DNA from: Octopus vulgaris
Lineage: Eukaryota
Length of the DNA stretch: 64,000 bases
Direction of reading: 5' to 3'
NCBI GenBank assembly: GCA_951406725.2
Contig: OX597839.1
Location: 20,398,001-20,462,000 of the forward strand
Every line of letters begins with the position of its first letter. The stretch's first letter is position 1. The position numbers and the translations under genes were made by a program. The notes under the pieces were generated by a model. The model was not told where the DNA came from. It worked only from the letters and a program-made list of their open reading frames with translations, and searched no databases. Below, piece by piece: positions 23,497 to 37,494 of this stretch.

Positions 23497-23946
23497 GTGT
23501 TTCAGTGAGACTCAAACTACCACACACGCATGCACATTCAAGAGAGTGACACTAAAGCATTTGAGTGAAACTCAAAGCGCCATACACACACAAGAGTAAT
23601 ACTGAAGTGTTTGAGTGAGACTCAAATTACCACACACACACACATACACACACACTTAAGAGAGGGGCATTAAAATGTTTGAGAGAAAACTCAAAGCATG
23701 AGTAATTCTGAAGTGTTTGAGTGAAACTTAAATTACCACACACACACACACAACACACACTTAAGAGAGGGGCATTAAAATGTTTGAGTGAAACTCAAAG
23801 TAGCTTACCCACACAAGAGTAATGCCGAAGTGTTCGCGAGTTAAGTTCCTACACACGCACACACACGCACTCAAGAGAGGGTCACTAAAATGTTTGAGTA
23901 AAACTTAAAGCGCCATACACACTCAGTGTTTGAGTGAGACTCAGAT
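23497..23946. repeat. Degenerate higher-order (A/B alternating) tandem array with palindromic tttgagtgaaactcaaa cores
   Basis: About nine cores, separated by alternating linkers ending aagagaggggcattaaa or aagagtaat.ctgaa. Confidence 0.8.
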
Positions 23947-24298
23947 ACTATACTCCCTCTCTTTCCCTCTCATTCTTTTCTTTCTTTCTCTCTCTCTTTC
24001 TCTTTTTCTAACAGATGCAGACGAAACACCAGACGATAGATAAGAGAACGTTTATGTGTGTATGTGTATCAGACGATTATGAAAAGACGGATGAAGAGGA
24101 AAACCACTGAGAGAAAGAGAAAAAAAGTAAGAGATAGCATGAGAGAGAGAGAGAGAGAGAGAAAGGATAGAAAGAAAAGTGGAAGAGAGAAAGTGATAAT
24201 GAAGGGGGTGGGACGGAAGGGAAGTGAGAGTCTGTCTGTGTGCTTGAGTGAGAGTCGGACAGCCGATCTTGTCTTGGCAAATCACTCACACACCGACT

Positions 24299-24349
24299 GA
24301 AGACCGACCGACGGAAGACCGACCGACGGAAGACCGACCGACGGAAGAC
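24299..24349. repeat. 15-bp GC-rich tandem repeat gaagaccgaccgacg x3
   Basis: Direct inspection. Confidence 0.9.
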
Positions 24350-24356
24350 AGAGGCT

Positions 24357-24392
<36 letters not shown>

Positions 24393-24454
24393 CACAGCGG
24401 ACGAACAAAACTGAATGAGAGAGGAGGCAGAAGCCACTGGCAGAGTAAAACAGA

Positions 24455-24505
<51 letters not shown>

Positions 24506-24672
24506 AAGAGATGGCAAGTGGGTAGGACAGAAGCAAACGATAGACAGACATTGAGGGAGAGGATGTGAGTGTACGTATTTAAGAAGAGAGTAAGAGCGTG
24601 AGAGAGTGGAAGTTTTGAGTTAGACCACGAGAAACACTAATACACACACACACACATACTTATATCTATGTG

Positions 24673-24720
<48 letters not shown>

Positions 24721-24736
24721 CATCCATCCATCCATC

Positions 24737-24789
<53 letters not shown>

Positions 24790-24832
24790 CCTACCTACCT
24801 ACCTATCTATCTATCTCTCTCATTCTCTCTCT

Positions 24833-24898
<66 letters not shown>

Positions 24899-26237
24899 AT
24901 ATATATATGCACGTACATAAATTTTCCCGCGCTCTCACAAAGAGGACAGACGATAAAAGAAATACACACATATATATACACATATACTCATACACACACA
25001 TACACACACGGATCAGCGAAGTGAGACGTGTAGATAGAGATAGAGAGAGAGACAGAGGGAAAAATAAATCGCATGAGTGGGAAAGAGAGAGAGAGAGAGT
25101 TAGACATATTCACAAACTAACTCACCCTCACAACATGCACACACTGGAGATTAATGGACCGATGGGGGGAAAAAGAATTTGTATGAGTTTTGTGTGAGAT
25201 CTTACTGAACGAACGAACGAGCGAATTAGCGAACGAATGAAGCAAGGAAACAGGGACTATTGAAAGAGATGAGTGAGGAAGTAGGATGAAGGAGGAGAGA
25301 GAGAGAGTGTAGTTAAGGGATAATGAAAGGTATAGGTTTATAAAGGGAGGGAAAGAATTGAAAGCGTGTGAGAGTGTATACATGTGTGTGTGTGTGTGTG
25401 TAAGTAAGAGGGACGTGAGGAGAGAGAGAAAAAAGAGGGATAGAAAGAATTTACTGGGGAAGGAGCGAGCAAAGTGGTAGGTGGAGGAGGTAATAGAGAT
25501 AGATATGCATACAGAGGGAGTGAAAGAACGAGAAGGAGCGTGTAAGAGGGAGAGATATGGTAATAGTTAGAGATAAAATATGGAGATAGTAGGAGAAGGT
25601 AGAAAGTGAAGAAGTAGGAGGATGTGTGAAAGACACTTATACATGGAGGGAGGGAAAGAATGAGAGAGTATGGGTAAGAGGGGTCTAGACAGAAAGATAG
25701 ATTTCGTGAGAGGGATGAACGAGGAAGTGGGAGGAGTTGAGAGAAAGATAGACCAAGACAGTCCCGTAGTGTGAGAGAAGGAGAAAAGTATTTGCGAACA
25801 AGTCAGTGAGAGGGGGGTAATGTGAAAGAGTGAAAGAGAGACACAGAGACACAGAGAGAGAGAGAGAGAGAGAGGGAGAGAATAAGAAGGACTGGGTGAA
25901 TAAGGAAGGGGAGGAAGTGAGAAAAGAAGGTGAGATAGAGAGATATGGACACATAGAGGGAGTAGGAGACGGTATATGTAAATGATTAAGTAAAAGGGAG
26001 TTGGTGTGAGTTAGAGGGAGAGAGGGAGAAAGTCTGACAGTGCCGGCTTACACGGCGATGCTGGCGCTTGCTGAAAAAGCGGCATGCCTTGTGTGACAGG
26101 GAAGTCATACGAACGTTAGTTTTTTTTTTATTATCATTATTATATTATTATTATTATTATCATCATCATTATTATTACTACTACATATTGTTGTTTTTTT
26201 CCCCCTGTGTGTTTCTTTTCTTTACACACACTACAAC

Positions 26238-26596
26238 CACACCGCAACACTACAACCACACACACACACCATGTACTATACTATATAACTAACCACACAA
26301 ACACACACACGCCAAAACCCTACCATACCGCAACACTACCACACACACACCATGTACTATACTATATAACTAACCACACAAACACACACACGCCAAAACC
26401 CTACCATACCGCAACACTACCACACACACACCATGTACTATACTATATAACTAACCACACCGCAACACTACCACACACACACACCATGTACTATACTATA
26501 TAACTAACCACACCGCAACACTACCCACACACACACCATGTACTATACTATATAACTAACCACACACATACACACACACGCCAAAACCCTACCATA
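26238..26596. repeat. Minisatellite with variable units (ccatgtactatactatataactaaccacac core, 5 copies)
   Basis: Direct inspection. Confidence 0.9.
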
Positions 26597-27170
26597 TAAA
26601 CTATATATAAATATATACATACATACATACTATTAATACTATGCTAAACAATTAACGCATACTTAATCAAATACACACACACATACACATGCATACACAG
26701 AAATAAACAAATAGCAACATACGCCTATTATATCGTGTGTATATAATATATATATAGTATATATATATATGTGTGTGTGTGTGTGTTGTGTATGGAGGTA
26801 TGTGTACCCTATAAACACTCGTTCATATTCGACTACTAACTATTGTGTATATAGAAGTATATATATAAATAACCCGTGTATTTATCCGTCTGTCTGTTAG
26901 TCTGTCGACCATTCGGACCATCCATCCATCCATCTATCTATCTATCTATCTACCTATCTACCTATCTACCTATCTATCTATCTACCTATCATATCGACCC
27001 GCAATAGAACCACCAAGCCATCTTACCTATTTTACCTATTTACGTCTATTTAAACTGTTTAACACGTCTGTCCTATCGACACGGACCTTACCTTAATAAC
27101 CAACCACCTTTCTGTTGGTCTGTCAACCACCGTGTCTATCCATTCGCCTTCCTGTTAATCTATCTATCTG

Positions 27171-27247
<77 letters not shown>

Positions 27248-27904
27248 GTATTTATTTTACCCTTGCCTTTTCTCTTCGTTTGGTATACGGCTTTCGTTGT
27301 TTTTGTTTTCAAGTTAGTTATTAAAAAGAGGGTTGGCTGTTTGTGAGATTGGAAAATAGTCAACCCCACCCTGTTCTTGTACACCATCGCTGCCACCACT
27401 AACAACAACAACATCATCCCCATCATCATCATCATCATGACCAGTAACATCATCTTCTCTACCTGAATACACACGATTACCCTGCACACGACAGAACACA
27501 ATACCACCACCACCTCCAACATTAACCCTTCATCACTTAATCGTAACCTCCATCACTTTCAGACTTCACCACCACCACCACCAACAACAACTACAACACC
27601 AACAAGCATCACTACTAACGTAAACATCACCACCACCACCACCACTACCACTACCACCATCAGCACCCTGAACACTATCGTCACAACACCACCACCACCA
27701 TCATCAACAGCAGCAGCAGCAGCAACAACAACAACACGGAACACCGACTCCACAACCACCACAGACCTACAACAACAATAACAACTGTTTATGTAGTACA
27801 ACTACACAAATAACAACAACAACAACAACAGCGTGTATATATGTTTATGATGTGAGTATAGAACAAGAGAAAACATCACACACACGCATATACACCTATC
27901 TATA

Positions 27905-28145
27905 TCTATACACACATAACATACACAATTAAATACACGCTTCCTCACATATCTACCCTTGTGTGTGTATGTATAAATATACATAAATATACACACGCTC
28001 TCAAATATATATATATATATATACATATATATATTTATACACACATAACATACACAATTAAATACACGCTTCCTCACATATCTACCCTTGTGTGTGTATG
28101 TATAAATATACATAAATATACACACGCTCTCAAATATATATATAC
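27905..28145. repeat. Tandem duplication of a ~130-bp unit
   Basis: cataacatacacaattaaatacacgcttcctcacatatctacccttg occurs twice. Confidence 0.9.
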
Positions 28146-28453
28146 ATATATATATCACTATTATATACATACATTTATTGGTGTAGTGTGGTGTGTACCA
28201 TTATTATTATTATTATTCCTCTTGTCCGTTTTGTTTGTATTTGATCATGAAGCATGTTATAAAGCACCATGGATTTACGTCTGTCTATGGAACCCTTCGT
28301 TTCGGTAAGACTATATTTTCTTCAATAATTTCCTTCAATTTATATTTGTTATTCCTATTGTTTCTGCTTTCATTCAATCATCATTCGCATACACACACAC
28401 ACACACGATCGCGCGCGTACACACGTTCAAGTTATGTCTCATAAACTCCGTAA

Positions 28454-28521
<68 letters not shown>

Positions 28522-28550
28522 TCAGTATCCACATCATCAACTACACAAAC

Positions 28551-28589
<39 letters not shown>

Positions 28590-29139
28590 AATAAACATCA
28601 CTATCACGTTATACATCCTCAATCGTACTCTTTCAAACACCCATCGTACTCTTTCAAACACCCATCGTACACATACACACGAGCACACATGTACACGCTA
28701 TTTCTAACCCCCATTTCACACACCCACACTCACACTCAAACACACATGCACTCACTCACACCCTAAACACAAACATTTTCTCATTAAACACACATACAGA
28801 CAGCTTGATACACAATGTACACACACACACCCCTTTCACATTCTATACAAACACACGTATAGTTACATGTGTTCTACACACACACAGTTTCATAAACATT
28901 TAACTCATACATACTTTCTCACAGACGTTCTACACTCATATACATACACACTCTGGTACACATCCTACATATACACACTCACACTTGTCTCATATACACA
29001 TAGGCATAGTTTCATACGTATCCTACACATATACACACAGTATTTCCCTATCATCACCATCTCCATATATCCACAACCTCACACAGGATTTCGTATATAT
29101 TCTACACACACGCGCTCATTTCATATCTTCTACACGCGC

Positions 29140-29192
29140 ACACATATATATATACATAATATTTCTCTATCATAACCATCTCTTTAATATAT

Positions 29193-29247
<55 letters not shown>

Positions 29248-29667
29248 ACCACTCACACACACACTTACAATTTCATACACATTCTATACACACAAACACA
29301 CAATTTCATACGCATTCTACATACACACATATATACATAATATTTCTCTATCATAACCATCTCTTTAATATATACACACACACACATATATATATATATA
29401 CACACAACCACTCACACACACACATACAATTTCATACACATTCTACACACACAAACACACACAATTTCATACGCATTCTACATACACACATACACACATA
29501 TATATACATAATATTTCTCTATCATAACCATCTCTTTAATATATATACATACACATATATATATACACAACCACTCACACGCACACACATACAATTTCAT
29601 ACACATTCTACACACACACATACACATATATACATACATAATATCATAACCATCTCTTTAAATATAT

Positions 29668-29728
<61 letters not shown>

Positions 29729-29835
29729 ACCACTCACACACACACAATTTTATACGCATTCAACACACACACACACACATATATATACATAATATTTCTC
29801 TATCGTTACCATCTCTTTTATATATATATATACAC
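29140..29835. repeat. Minisatellite, ~150-185-bp unit, 4-5 copies
   Basis: Repeating cataatatttctctatcataaccatctctttaa and acaaccactcacac. Confidence 0.88.
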
Positions 29836-29975
29836 AACCTTACACACACACACACACACAGTTTCCCCCTCAAGCACACGCACTCTCTCACACATACCCC
29901 CCCTCCACACACACATACAATAATATTCCTGCATCACATAGTTCTCTCCCCCCCTTCTTCTTCTATACTCACTTC

Positions 29976-30013
<38 letters not shown>

Positions 30014-30147
30014 CTTTAAATATCTCTCTATCGTATTTCTATAAGGGTTTAATTTTTAATCTCTGCCTTTCCCTCATTTTCATTCTCTGCATTTATCTTC
30101 GTCTCTCTCTCTCCCTCTGTTTTACTTTCTCTCTCTTTCTGCATTTT

Positions 30148-30186
<39 letters not shown>

Positions 30187-30330
30187 CAATTTCTTATTCT
30201 ATCACCACTTCACCAACACATATACAACCTTTGCTTTATATACACACATTTACATCTCATTCACATATATATACATATTTCCGCGCTTCACATTGTCTCT
30301 ATTTCTATTTCTCTCCCTCAGAACACACAC

Positions 30331-30379
<49 letters not shown>

Positions 30380-30417
30380 TGAAACACACATCATATTTCC
30401 GCCTCTTTTATTCCCCT

Positions 30418-30457
<40 letters not shown>

Positions 30458-30575
30458 AAACAAGCACACACACACACATACTCACATGTTTCTATCTCAC
30501 TCATTCTATGTCTCTTCCGATACTTGTCTATTGTTGTTTTCCGGGAAACCGGGACCACGACAATAGACAAGTACC

Positions 30576-30639
<64 letters not shown>

Positions 30640-30906
30640 TACACACACACACACAAAAACACGTGCGAACACACAAACACACACTTGCACACGTTTCCAT
30701 ATCGCTTATTCTCTCTCTCTCCCTCACGCACACACTCAAACACACACACACACACACACACACACGTGCAAGTATTTCCGCCCTCGGTCTTTCCTTGTCT
30801 GTCTCTCCCTCACACTTACACACACACACACACACAATCAAAAGCACATACATGCACACATATCCTTCCTTCCATCCATCCATCCATCTATCTATCTATC
30901 TATCTG

Positions 30907-30958
<52 letters not shown>

Positions 30959-31006
30959 CCTACCAGTCTGTCTATCTACCTACCAGTCTGTCTATCTATC
31001 TATCTG

Positions 31007-31073
<67 letters not shown>

Positions 31074-31887
31074 GTCTGTCTGTCTGTCTGTCTGTCCATC
31101 TATCTATCTATCCATCCATCCATCTATCAAATACACACACACGAGATACATTCTTGCCCAGCTATCTCAAACACACACACACACACACACACACACATCT
31201 TCCTTTGTTTCTTTTCCTTCTCTCTCTCTCTCCCTCTCATAGACACCCAATTCATTCCTTACTATATCTATTTCCGTTCGCGGTCATTCCTCTTTCTCAT
31301 CTTCACACATTTGCACGTTTTGCTCGTACACATTTTTTTCATTCCATATCGTACGTATCCCGTTCGCAACACATACACACATATGCCGTCACAACCCTCA
31401 CACACACAAGCGCATATACATACATACATACACACACTCACACACACGCAAAACATACACAGCCACGTTCACACGGTCATAGATAAACACACGGAGAAAC
31501 AATAAACACAAACACACACACACAACAGATTCACACAACAAACACAGACTCACACATTGACACACACAACAACTAACGCAAACTGATATATTCACTCACA
31601 TAAATCTCTCTCACACACACACACATACATAACAAACTCTGACACATTCACACACACACTGAGCAAACAACTAGACACACACATAACACACACACATACA
31701 CATATTCCTCTTTCGGTTTTCATCACTTCCAAGTACAGTTCTCACACTTGCATCTCTGAAAATTCGCATCCTTACCCCGCCATACAAACATAGATACACA
31801 CTTTGCACTCGCTCTACATACACAAATACACACCCAGAAATATATAAACATTTAGCACGAACACCACATTTCTCTCTCTTCCATAGG

Positions 31888-31926
<39 letters not shown>

Positions 31927-32069
31927 TATATATATATATATATATATACATGCAAAGACACCGTATTTGTTTTCTGTTATACACACAAACATGAAATCAC
32001 TCACAGACACCCTAACACCCGCACTTATACAAACACAATTAGAATTATGCCTTTGTGTGTGTGTGTGTG

Positions 32070-32115
<46 letters not shown>

Positions 32116-32425
32116 GGCATATATGTATGTATAAAATATGGGTATGTAACACGTATCTGTAATTTATCTATATATATGTATATCTTTGTATATTTGTATA
32201 TCTATATATATGTGTGCGTGTATGTATATATATATGCAAGTTTATATGTGTATATATATTAGCATATTCCGTGTATGTATATATAAAGATATATGATAGG
32301 CATACGTGAATATTTATATATATATATATATATATCTGGAGATATCTATGTAGATGTTTATATGTGTATGTAGCATGTATATATGTTTGCATGCATGCAT
32401 CTATGTATATAAGCATGAAAGGGGG

Positions 32426-32460
<35 letters not shown>

Positions 32461-32769
32461 ATTTATAATAGTATAACATTCATATATGTATGTAGCTTCT
32501 GTGAGATAAAGCTCCTCTCTCTCAATATCCTGTTTTGATGTGTTAAAAGAGAGACTTGGTCAGTATTTAAATATATCGTCTGGTCGCTTAAGTTTTTTTC
32601 ATTAACATCACACAGCCTAAGAATATGCGTGTGTTTGTGTGTACATGAACGTTTGTATATTTTGTATTCAAAATTTTTCTTCATTTGTGTGTGTATTTAT
32701 ATACTTATATATCTATATGTATGTCAATCTATGTATCTATCTATGTATCTATCTATCTATCTATCTATC

Positions 32770-32824
<55 letters not shown>

Positions 32825-33005
32825 CACCTAATATATATGTGTGTGTGTGTGTGTGTATACATGAACGTTTGTATAACTTTTATTCAAAATTTTCCTTTAT
32901 TTGTGTGTGTATTTACTTATATATCTATATGTATGTCAATCTACCCATCTATCTATCTAATATATATATGTATATGTTTGTGTGTATACATAGGTAATTA
33001 TGTGC

Positions 33006-33059
<54 letters not shown>

Positions 33060-33397
33060 CCACAGACACAAACATATACAGAGAGAGAGAGAAATTGTTA
33101 ATTAGACTACATCAAAAATTGAGTATATAAATATATATACTCCTCCATTCTCGTTGACAAACTGCAACGTCAATCTAACGCGAATCTGCACACACGTACA
33201 TATATATATAACCACACACACACACACACATCTATGTATGTATGTTTATGCGTGCATGCGCGTGTAACAGCGCTAATATATACAGCAGCGTATTGTATTG
33301 AATTCTGTAGTATTTTTGTATCCATGTGCTTTACATGTGACAGTTGTTTGCATCTCGGTAAAATTACAGAAATGTCCTCTCTCAACAACGGTGCCTG

Positions 33398-33411
33398 CTG
33401 CCCTCTGGTGG
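33398..33411 (-). promoter_or_regulatory. Consensus CTCF-binding motif
   Basis: Minus strand ccaccagagggcag is a full match to CCASYAGRKGGCRS, in non-repetitive sequence. Confidence 0.5.
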
Positions 33412-33559
33412 CTAATGCAGAAAACATCTCTATATAACCGAAGTACAAGCGTTGTCGCCATCGTCGTTATCATTATCACCACCATCATCATTATAATCAT
33501 CATCATCATTATTATTATTGTCATGGTTATTATTATCGTTTGCAATTCAGACAAAATGG

Positions 33560-34430
33560 ATAGCGGCGAGTAGTTGTTCTTCCGGCATTTTTGCGTTCTA
33601 AGTTCAAACTACGCCGAGGTCGGTTTTGCTTATCATGATTTCTTCATTCGGGGTCGATAAAATAGGTACCAGTGTTTCACTGGAGGTCCAAATTCCGCCT
33701 TTCATCCTTTCGGGGTCGATAAATTAAGTGCCAGTGAAACACTAAGGTCAGTGTAATCGATTAGTCCCCTCCCCACGAACATTTAGTAGAAAGGATTATT
33801 ATTATTATTGTTAAGACAGTGAAAGGGGGCGAGCTAGCAGAAAAGTTAGCACGCCGGGCGAAATGCTTAGCGGTATTTCGTCTGCCGTTACGTTCTGATT
33901 TCAAATTCTGCCGAGGTCGACTTTGCCTTTCATCCTTTCGGAGTCGATACATTAAGTACCAGTTACGCACTGGGGTCGATGTAATCGACTTAATCCCTTT
34001 GTGTGTCTTTGTTTGTCCCCTCTATGTTTAGCCGCTTGTGGGCAATAAAGAAATAAGAATCGTTAGCACGCCAGATGAAATGCTTAGCAGTATTTCGTCT
34101 GCCGCTACGTTCTGAGTTCAAATTCTGGTCGACTTTGCCTTTCATCCTTTCGGGATCAATAGATTAAGTACCAGTTGCGTACTGGGTCGATCTAATCGAC
34201 TGATCCCCTCCCTCAAAATTTCGGGCCTTGTACTGGCAGAATCGTTAGAACCTCGGGTGAACTACTTAGCGATATTTCCCCCGTCTTTACGTTCTGAGTT
34301 CAAATTCTGCTGAGGGCAACCTTGCCTTTCATCCTTTTGAAGTTGATAAAATTATTACCAGTTGAACACTGGGGTCGATGTAATTGTTTTGCCACTTTCC
34401 TCCGAAAATTGCTCGTCTTTTACCAATATC
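33560..34430 (+). mobile_element. Cluster of 4-5 head-to-tail SINE family B copies (best copy 33826-34055)
   Basis: Repeated cgttctgagttcaaattc..ccgaggtcgactttgcctttcatcctttcgg..tcgat. Confidence 0.88.
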
Positions 34431-34437
34431 TGAAATC

Positions 34438-34858
34438 GGATCTTTTCGGTTTGAACGGCAGTTTTTTAACATAATTTCCACGTAACTAAACACTTTTAAA
34501 CTTCGTATATTGGTAGAATGTGTTCATAAAACATCTTTTTCTCTTGGCTTTATTGAGAAAATTCTATAGTTTATAAGATATTTGTTGTTTTTTTTTCTTC
34601 AATTTCTGCAATTTCAACCAATTAATGACGTCTATTGAGTTGAAAACATTCTGTGCCGTATGAATATGTCCCTCGTTTAAGAAACAGATTGGGTTTATTT
34701 ATATTTGTGAAGAAACTAAGATACCCTTACCCGTAACCCTAACTAACCCAAACCCTAAAACAGATTGAAATGCAATAGATCGATACTAGTGTCATATTTA
34801 TGGGTGACAATTTCGTATGACACCGCTAGAAAAACTGCCGTTCAAACCGAAAAGATCC
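34438..34858. mobile_element. MITE with ~28-bp TIRs (ggatcttttcggtttgaacggcagtttt), 8-bp TSD and internal CCCTAA repeats; Merlin-like termini
   Basis: Perfect TIRs; flanks ctgaaatc and ctgaaaac; second copy at 55805-56217. Confidence 0.88.
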
Positions 34859-34899
34859 CTGAAAACAACGCTATTATTACACATCAACGTGTCGTGCAA

Positions 34900-35255
34900 A
34901 TTACTTAGCCCAGGTATTTCTTCTGGCTAACTTCTGAGTTCAAATTCCGCTGTGGTCGACTTTGCCTTTCATTCGTTTGGAGTTCGATGTAACGAATACT
35001 TATCAAACACGGGCGTCGATGTAATCGACTAGCATCTTCCCTTCTAAATTTCAGGCTTTCTGCCTTTAGCATAAAGAATTATTGGAGAAAATTTACCGAA
35101 TTATTGTGGTTTATTTTTAAGGGTTTTTCGAGGAAGACAAAATGCTCAACAGCAGGTATTGCTTTCATTCTTTAGGGGTCCATAAAATAAGTACCAGTTG
35201 AGCACTGGGGTCGATGTAATCGACTTTATCTCCTCCACCGAACTTGTACCAAAAT
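34900..35255 (+). mobile_element. Degenerate SINE family B copies
   Basis: ttctgagttcaaattccgctgtggtcgactttgcctttc and cactggggtcgatgtaatcgac. Confidence 0.7.
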
Positions 35256-35262
35256 TTCAAAG

Positions 35263-35423
35263 AGTTGTGTGGTAAGTAGCTTGCTTACGAACCACATGGT
35301 TCCTAGTTCAGTCCCACTGCGTGGCACCTTGGGCAAGTATCTTGCACTATATAGCCTCAGGCCGACCAAAGCCTTGTGAGTGGATTTGGTAGACGGAAAC
35401 TGAAAGAAGCCCATCGTCTATTA

Positions 35424-35461
<38 letters not shown>

Positions 35462-35696
35462 TGTGTGTGTATATGTCTGTGTGTCTGTGTTTGTTCCCCC
35501 AACATCGCTTGACAATCGATGCTGGTGTGTTTACGTCCCCCGTAACTTAGCGGTTCGGCAAAAGATACCCATTAGAATAAGTACTAGGCTTACGAATAAT
35601 AAGTCTTGGGGTCGATTTGCTCGATCGACTAAAGGCGGTGCTCCAGCATGGCCACAGTCAACTGACTGAAACAAAAGAGTAAATGAGTAAAGAGAG
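35263..35696 (+). mobile_element. SINE family A
   Basis: Matches the consensus. Confidence 0.92.
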
Positions 35697-36631
35697 TTAC
35701 AAATGGGACAAAATTAATAACGGCATTACTTGCGGCTCTTTACGTTGCGAGTTCAAATTCTGCCGAGGTTGTTCATTGCCCCCCCCCCCCCCCCCTCTCT
35801 CTCTCTTTTCTCTTTTATCTTTTCGACATCGATGAATTAAACATCGTATAAGTATGTTCTGAGTTGAAATCCCGCCGAGGTCAACTTTGCCCTTCATCCT
35901 TTCGGAGAGGGTAACATTAAGAATTATTCAGCCCCTCCCCTCAAAATAGCTATCCTCATGCCTAGTTCAGAAGCCTTTTATCATTGCTAGTTGTAGTAGA
36001 ACCATTAGGAATTATATTATTACCACTATTAATTCTGGGTGGAGTTTTATATATAACGGGAAGCTTTATGAAAATAAACAAAAGACGAAGGCAGGTGGAG
36101 TACAAACAAACAATTGTATTAGTATGGCGCTCAGGAATATAAATAAAACAAGTCTTTTAGGTTTCGAGCCTACGCTCTTCAACAGAAAGATACACAGAAA
36201 AGAAACACGGAGAGAAACAAGGAGAGAAAAAAAATGCGTGCAGAAGCTAGCGATTCAACATGGCGATCTGATTTCGGCCATATATGTGTATATATATATA
36301 TATTTCTATGCATGTGTATGTTTGTGTATATAAATCTATGTCTGTATTCAGAATATACCGCTAGTTCTAATCACGTATATGGTGTTATCAAACGGTTGTT
36401 ATTGTGGATAATATTTGGGGTCCCATAAACACACTCGCAAGATCTTTGTTGCATTCTCTGCTTAAAGTTATCAACCGTGATGTTCTTATCTTATCTAGAA
36501 CTCTCCATCCGAAAGTGACGCCTTGCACTACGTATGTACATGTTAGTATGCAGATATATACAAACACATGTGTATGCCTGTATGCATATAATGTATATAT
36601 ATATGTGTGTGTGTATATATATGTGTGTGTG

Positions 36632-36802
36632 TGCGCAGAAGTGGCTGTGTGGTAAGTAGCTTGCTTACCAACCACATGGTTCCGGGTTCAGTCCCACTGC
36701 GTGGCATCTTGGGCAAGTGTCTTCTGCTATAGCCTCGGGCCGACCAATGCCTTGTGAGTGGATTTGGTAGACGGAAACTGAAAGAAGCCTGTCGTATATA
36801 TG

Positions 36803-36833
<31 letters not shown>

Positions 36834-37048
36834 ATATGTTTGTGTGTCTGTGTTTGTCTCCCTAGTATTGCTTGACAAGCGATGTTGGTGTGTTTACGTC
36901 CCCGTCACTTAGCGGTTCGGCAAAAGAGACCGATAGAATAAGTACTAGGCTTACAAAAAATAAGTCCCGGGGTCGATTTGCTCGACTAAAGGCGGTGCTC
37001 CAGCATGGCCGCAGTCAAATGACTGAAACAAGTAAAAGAGTAAAGAGT
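36632..37048 (+). mobile_element. Full-length SINE family A
   Basis: Matches the consensus. Confidence 0.93.
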
Positions 37049-37229
37049 ATACGTTTTTTTTTTTTATGTCGTGTTATGATGAAAACTATGTAACATTAGA
37101 CTAAAGAATTACTCAATACTTTTATTTTTTTTTTTTGTAAAGTACATATTAGTTTACTTATGCAAGACAATGACTTCGAAGTTTCGACCTGCTAGCTTTC
37201 AATGTTTGTACGTGTTGTGTTTATTCGTT

Positions 37230-37470
37230 TTCCTACTCGAGGGATTTGCTCTTAGAAGCCATGGGTAATATTTTTCTTTTGTGATATCCTGTGAATGAGC
37301 CTAGGTAACTCGCCCTTCGTATTGGGATGTAAATACATTTTGTTTTTGTTTTTTTGTCTTCGTCTTTAAATACCTGTTTTTCTTTTTTATTTGTTTATTT
37401 ATTTGTTTCTATTTACTGGTTGAGTAATATTGCTTTCGTATACTGTCCTTGTGGCAAATAAAAGAAATCA
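37230..37470 (+). mobile_element. Possible LINE 3' UTR remnant ending ccttgtggcaaataaaagaa
   Basis: The terminal motif recurs at ~3524-3543 (+) and ~15551-15572 (-), and resembles the SINE B tail. Confidence 0.4.
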
Positions 37471-37494
37471 TTGCTATCAGGTGTACCATTATTG

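Noticed and set aside
23497-23946. CRISPR-like repeat-spacer appearance
   Set aside because: The spacers are homologous and low-complexity, the repeats are degenerate, there are no cas genes, and the context is eukaryotic.
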